DNA of 64,000 nucleotides from contig OZ024742.1 in NCBI GenBank assembly GCA_964016885.1, positions 132,866,001 through 132,930,000 of the forward strand, in the 5' to 3' direction. Shown piece after piece: positions 57,861 to 64,000 of the stretch (positions within the stretch are counted from its first letter, which is position 1; the number at the start of each line of letters is the position of its first letter). Both the position numbers and the translations under genes were made by a program. Source of the stretch: Eledone cirrhosa (taxonomy: Eukaryota). The notes under the pieces were generated by a model that did not search any database, was not told the DNA's origin, and saw only the letters and a list, made by a program, of their open reading frames with translations.

Positions 57861-58244
57861 CATCACATCATGTCTCCAGCCTTTATAGTGAGTCTGGGCT
57901 TGGTGTTTACACTCGGATACATCGTGAGCCACAGTCTCATCTCTCTCTCTCCACAGATCCTACTCAGTGGGCTAGCCTCCTCCTTTTAAATATGGTGTTT
58001 CACCCACTTCGTTCTGAGCGCCTGATCTTGCCCAGCATTCCTTCTGTAATCTTTTTAATGTCTAATCTTTCTAACCAGATTATTATTTTTATTATTATTT
58101 TTACTATTATTATTATTCGGTATAAACTCATCAATATATTTATATGGAAAATAATAGAAAAAAAAAAGAGAGGCGGAAGTAATAACGGAAACCATTCTAA
58201 CGACACTGACAGTTCACCTTGTATATATATATATATATATATAT

Positions 58245-59186
58245 AAATTAGAGAGAATCATATTTTGGCTATAGGATATTAGAGAAAACAACTTCCGAGA
58301 TGTGTGGCAAGCGGTCCATAGAAGCTAGTGAACTAGAGCAACAACATAAGTTAAAAGGTCAAACACACTGAGACAATCGTTAAACCATTATCTGCACGCC
58401 CATAGAAAGGACCAAGTAATTCGGGTGAAATAAATAAAATATGATTGAAAAGTATACCCGGACCCCTGGAAGGTTGGTAATATCCAGTATTGGATTTCTG
58501 CAACTCCTAAATCAATTACTGTCTGCTTAGACAAATAATGTTAAGCTTTAGGTATGATGGTCGAACAAGGAAGTCACTTTTTCAACAGGCTTTTAGTTCA
58601 GTTCCAAGCCAAGGACTGACCGTTATCAAAACCAATGTAGGGCTTGACAAGGGGGGCAACCCTTAGTTTTGGCGGATGAATTCAGTATGTGTGTTATTGC
58701 AAAATTGCAAAATATCACAAAACAAATTAAGCTCTCAACAGAATGGTTTTGTAAATTAACAAGAGCTAATAATTAGTCAATAGAATTAACTAAAAAAATC
58801 AAGAAAATTAACTGATCAATAGCTAGACTCTGGAGATTAATACAAATATAAATTAACGAGAATCCTATTTCGGCTATTGGAAATTAGCGTAAAACAACTT
58901 CCGAGATGTGCGGCAATCGCTCCATAGAAGCTAGTGAACTAGAGCAACAACATAAGTTAAAAGGCCAAACACACTGAGACGATGGTTAAACCATTATCAG
59001 CACAGCCATAGAAACGACCAAGTAAACGGGTCAAACAAATAAAACATAATTGTAAATTATACCCAGACTCCTGGAAGGTTGATAATATCCAGTATTGGGT
59101 TTTCTGCAACTCCTAAATCAAGTACTGTCTGCTTAGACAAATAATGTTAAGCTTTTGGTATGAGGATCGAACAAGGAAGTCACTTT
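58245..59186. repeat. About 605-bp unit in 1.55 tandem copies
   Basis: gagaatc..ggctat at 58253 and 58858; flanked by (TA)n. Confidence 0.85.
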
Positions 59187-59195
59187 ATATATATA

Positions 59196-59236
<41 letters not shown>

Positions 59237-59758
59237 TAAAATAAGATGCTGATGTTATAAATATCGTTTAATCATAATAATTATTCCTACGGTTCTCGAT
59301 GCAACCGAGATGTCATGCATTTGCTGTTGATTATCAGAATGGTTTCCTATCAAAACAATCTTTTCCGAACATATATATATATATATATAATAATTAGAAA
59401 TTGATTAACATATATATAAACATGAATAATCACAGGAGATAATTTTTACAAGTGTGTAACCACACATAGCTAGGTAGGTAACTAAATAAAGTTGACCAGA
59501 ACTTCAAAAATAGATACCTTATAATATGATTAATCTTCCCTGTATATATTCCATTAAAGAAATATATTTCACCAATTAATCGGATGGTAAACCACGGAAG
59601 TGGGGACTTGGATTTTCAACAAGGAAGAAGTTCCAGCAATCCGTGCTTACACTCGTTAGAATCTTAGACCTTATTTTGCGGGTGATATGGCGCATGTCTT
59701 TTTGGCATGACACCCATCATTTTGATTTAGATTAAATTCATTTAATTTATCTTAATTT

Positions 59759-59817
<59 letters not shown>

Positions 59818-59869
59818 CATTAGAATTAGGATTAGCATCAGGCATTGCTGTATACAAATATGAATAGAA

Positions 59870-60206
59870 ATTTCGTATTTCTGAGGAATCACGGTATGTT
59901 TACAGGGAAACATTCAGAAAGTCGTAGATATGCAAAAACACCGGTGCTGACGCCCTCTGGTGGTGTCCAGCAGAAGCAAGGGGGACAATCGTTGATGCGT
60001 TTCGGTCATCAGGACTATCCCTCCCACACTTGCGACTGCTGGACTAGAAAACAGCCGAGAATATATAGTTTCATTGCCTGTGTAAATGAGGTGATTAATC
60101 TCACTTGCGTATGACGCTGCATATGTCGACTCAACATGTAACAGGTAAACATTCAGAACGCCGTAGCTATGCAAAACTCACCGGGCTAACGCCCTCTGGT
60201 GGTGTC

Positions 60207-60207
<1 letters not shown>
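59870..60207 (+). repeat. About 240-bp period partial tandem repeat
   Basis: aaacattcagaa..gtag.tatgcaaaa..acgccctctggtggtgtc at ~59908 and ~60148. Confidence 0.75.
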
Positions 60208-60279
<72 letters not shown>

Positions 60280-62088
60280 ATATATCTTTTTCATAAAAAT
60301 AAACTAACACAATACTTCTTAGCTTTGTGTCGTTCAAGATTAAATAATTAATCTGATGTTATCCACATTTGTCTTTGTCTTTATAAAGGATGCGGTTTCA
60401 CGTAAATGTTTGTATATTTACGGCAATGCAGTGTGAAAAGTATCGTTATACAAAATGTCTAATCCTTTGCAAAACCCTCAAATATTTACAGTTACAATTT
60501 CACAACAGGTAATCTCAGATGTTGTAGCCTCACTTTTAATATTAAAAGATTTCCTTCCTTTCGTATCTGTGAAAATTAAGCTGACCTTGATGAACTAGAG
60601 ATTAAATATAATACGAACAGGGATTACCACTTATTTGCTCATACCGCCAACCAATGTAATGCCAATCGACCCGAATTAATTGCAGGCCCATATTAATTGC
60701 ACGTAGTGTGCTCTGTCATTGATAACCACAACACAAGCCACATGGACGCCTAAAATTGGTCCCACACGTTACCCAGCAATGGTCGATTTAGCAATATTGA
60801 AGATGTATACGTTTTCCAAAATATATCGGGATCAATGAATGCTATTAAGTTAACATAATTTCTGGTTTCTCATTTTTCCTCCAGTATTTGCATTTAATTC
60901 CTTCCTCATATGATTTTCTTGCCTTCGCATTACTGAACCTGATATATATTACATGCACAATTTGTTGCTCATTCATTTTTAGTTGTAAAATATCAGGCAT
61001 GTACATATCTGCTTTGTTCGAATGACACACCTTACTTTCTCCATTCTATTTTTCGTTACGTTAACTTTCACATGCATTACAACAACATAACATATTTCTA
61101 TCTGTTGCCCAAACTAGAATTGAAATTACAGGACCACTGTAATACGTGAAAAGCACTGCCAACAATGTGGCGGATGAGAAGAAAAATAAAATAGAGATCC
61201 TGGTTATCAGGTAACCTTCAACATATATATTCATATTCGTATCTCTTTGGACAGGATTGTCCTTTACCTAGTTAGAGTCCTTAGTGCAACTTTTCGCGGC
61301 CATCTGATGACTGGTGCATTACTAAAAGTATCATACAAATATACAATAAATAATCGCTTGTTGATACCAGTCATTAGACTGTAGTCAATCTAAAATTGCA
61401 GAGCATAAGCACCACCCTGATAGAACTTATAACAGGTAGTATTACTCGTCTGACTTACTTAAGGAATAACAGAGAAAAGAAAGTATATAGTTACGCATGT
61501 TTCACATGCAGTAGAAATAAAGGAGGGTAAAATGAACAGAGAAGAGAAAAAGAAATACGGGAGAGAAAGAGAGTGAGAGAAAAAATGCAAGGTGTGACAA
61601 AATGGTAATTATTGTAGAAAATATATAAAAGAAAACAAATGTTCCTAGCAGCATATAGTTATTCAAAACGTGACAAAGACCCAGGTACGGATACAATAAA
61701 CATACGAGAAATTAAACAAGGAGAATAATGGAGATTCTGGTCGTCAACTGCCTCCCATTGGATAGTACAGTTCGCATAATTGCAGGCACGTATGTTATTT
61801 ATAACTATGTAACTATGAAATGTGCAGTGATAAATATAACACTAGAAAATAGAGGAAAGAACATTGAATATTAACAGAACGAATGCCATAAGTAACACTC
61901 ACTCATTCACACACACACTCACACACACATACACAGACACAAACACATACACATACACACACACACTAACACACCCACCTACACACACACACACACACAC
62001 ACGCACACATATGAATATATAGATTGGAGAACAATGGTTTGTTATAACCGCAGTCAATGGGACGAGTTTGGTAGAAGTAGTGGAACTA

Positions 62089-62602
<514 letters not shown>

Positions 62603-64000
62603 TTGTTTTGACACACGATTTCATATCAAAAACCTCGCAAAACTATATATATATATATATATATATATACGTTTTTGCGTTTGACTATTGTATATGTATA
62701 TATACGCATGCATGTTTGTGTATGGGTTTTGTCTATTTATGCCATTGATTGTTTCGAAATCTGTATACAGAGAGCCGGACAACATACCATGAATCATTTT
62801 AATTCGAGTTTCCAGCAGCATTATCTATTCCATGTCAACAAGTGCAGATTAGTTTTTTCAATAAAACATCGTTTAGTTTACTCAGCTACATTCAGGATGT
62901 AAAACACATTTTCCACCAAATTAACAAAACAATACAACCAAAATATCTATACACACATTTTCGTATTTCATATATCCGGTAATTGTAGATTACAGTAAAG
63001 TGAAATGCAGTTAGACTGTGCTGACTAGATGAAAATTATCACAACAATGTTAAATTTCGTATTCGAAGAACAGATTACTTTTTATTCCCTTACTAATATC
63101 GATAAAGTTACAGTGATACGTTTTTAAACTGTTTAAACAGATGCAGTGTTGGATTCGTAACAAAATAACTAAGTAAACAAACATGAAATCTAACGACAAC
63201 ATTTTCGTGACTAGATTTGATTGCTGAAAAACTTACTCAAAAAACTCCATACATCTATGCAGCAAATACATAGTGAATTGTCATATACTTCTACCTTATC
63301 TTAAGTCAAAATATATCAGATAATATTGTTTTAGGCCTTTTGAATCAGAAGAGCATATATATTTTAGTTCACATAAGCATATGATATTTTAATGCAAAGG
63401 AGAGCTTTGATTCACAATCATATCAAAATAATGTATATTCTAAATCGTGCCCATATATATAACAGAGATATTCTGAAGTGTACTAAAATCACACGGAAAT
63501 ACGTCTCAAATTTCTTGCTTAAATCTACCCGAGGGCGTATTATTTTCATGTGATAGTCATAGGAAAGAATAAACATGGCTAGCTTTAGTCGTGCATCACT
63601 TGAAATATATAATATTTGGTTATCCACTAGCATTTATTTTCATTCACATAATAATACTCGCATTAAATCACGCAAAAGTGCTAAAGCACACATTTCCACT
63701 GAAAGGTCTGTATTATTTTTCTTTAAAATCTGACAGTTTGTAAATGAAATCGATATGCAATTAAAAATATACTTTCTTCCTTAATATAGTAATATGAAGA
63801 ATCTTGAGGTGGTTTCAGTTCATTTTCAAATCATTTGAAGATGCTAACTAAGGAAATGAAATTGTCACGTTCATACATTTCTTGGCGAAATCAACTATGA
63901 AATAGATACGTATACAACTGGGGAACGACCTGACTCTTCAAGAGGTTATCATTGTTTATGGGTCCTTCTTGTGCATTTCATTTCCCAAACTGTCTTTAAA

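Noticed and set aside
61303-61378. tctgatgactggt / accagtcattaga inverted repeat
   Set aside because: CTGATGA is itself paired and no GAAA follows; an isolated hairpin

Overview
This is an AT-rich eukaryotic, repeat-dominated window with no intact host protein-coding gene. The (TA)n/(CA)n density and the tRNA-SINE family suggest an octopus or other cephalopod, which is an inference. Most ORFs in the track are microsatellite artefacts. Real coding remnants are three Penelope-like elements (RT + GIY-YIG; two look Naiad-like), a full-length but disrupted Tx1-clade LINE plus an older Tx1 fragment, a CRE-like 3' end, two R4/Dong-like RLE fragments, RTE fragments, a decayed Helitron and a histone H2A pseudogene. 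About 15 tRNA-derived SINE copies or fragments are also present. The main unexplained signal is an unusually high density of type I hammerhead ribozyme (HHR) folds: about 18 full or near-full copies from roughly 9 unrelated sequence families. They sit in Penelope pLTRs and in non-coding 540-700 bp tandem or inverted units inside TA microsatellites (retrozyme-like). One family has a compensatory U3-A8 core and several carry large stem II insertions. All RNA folds were made by eye and need computational and biochemical confirmation.
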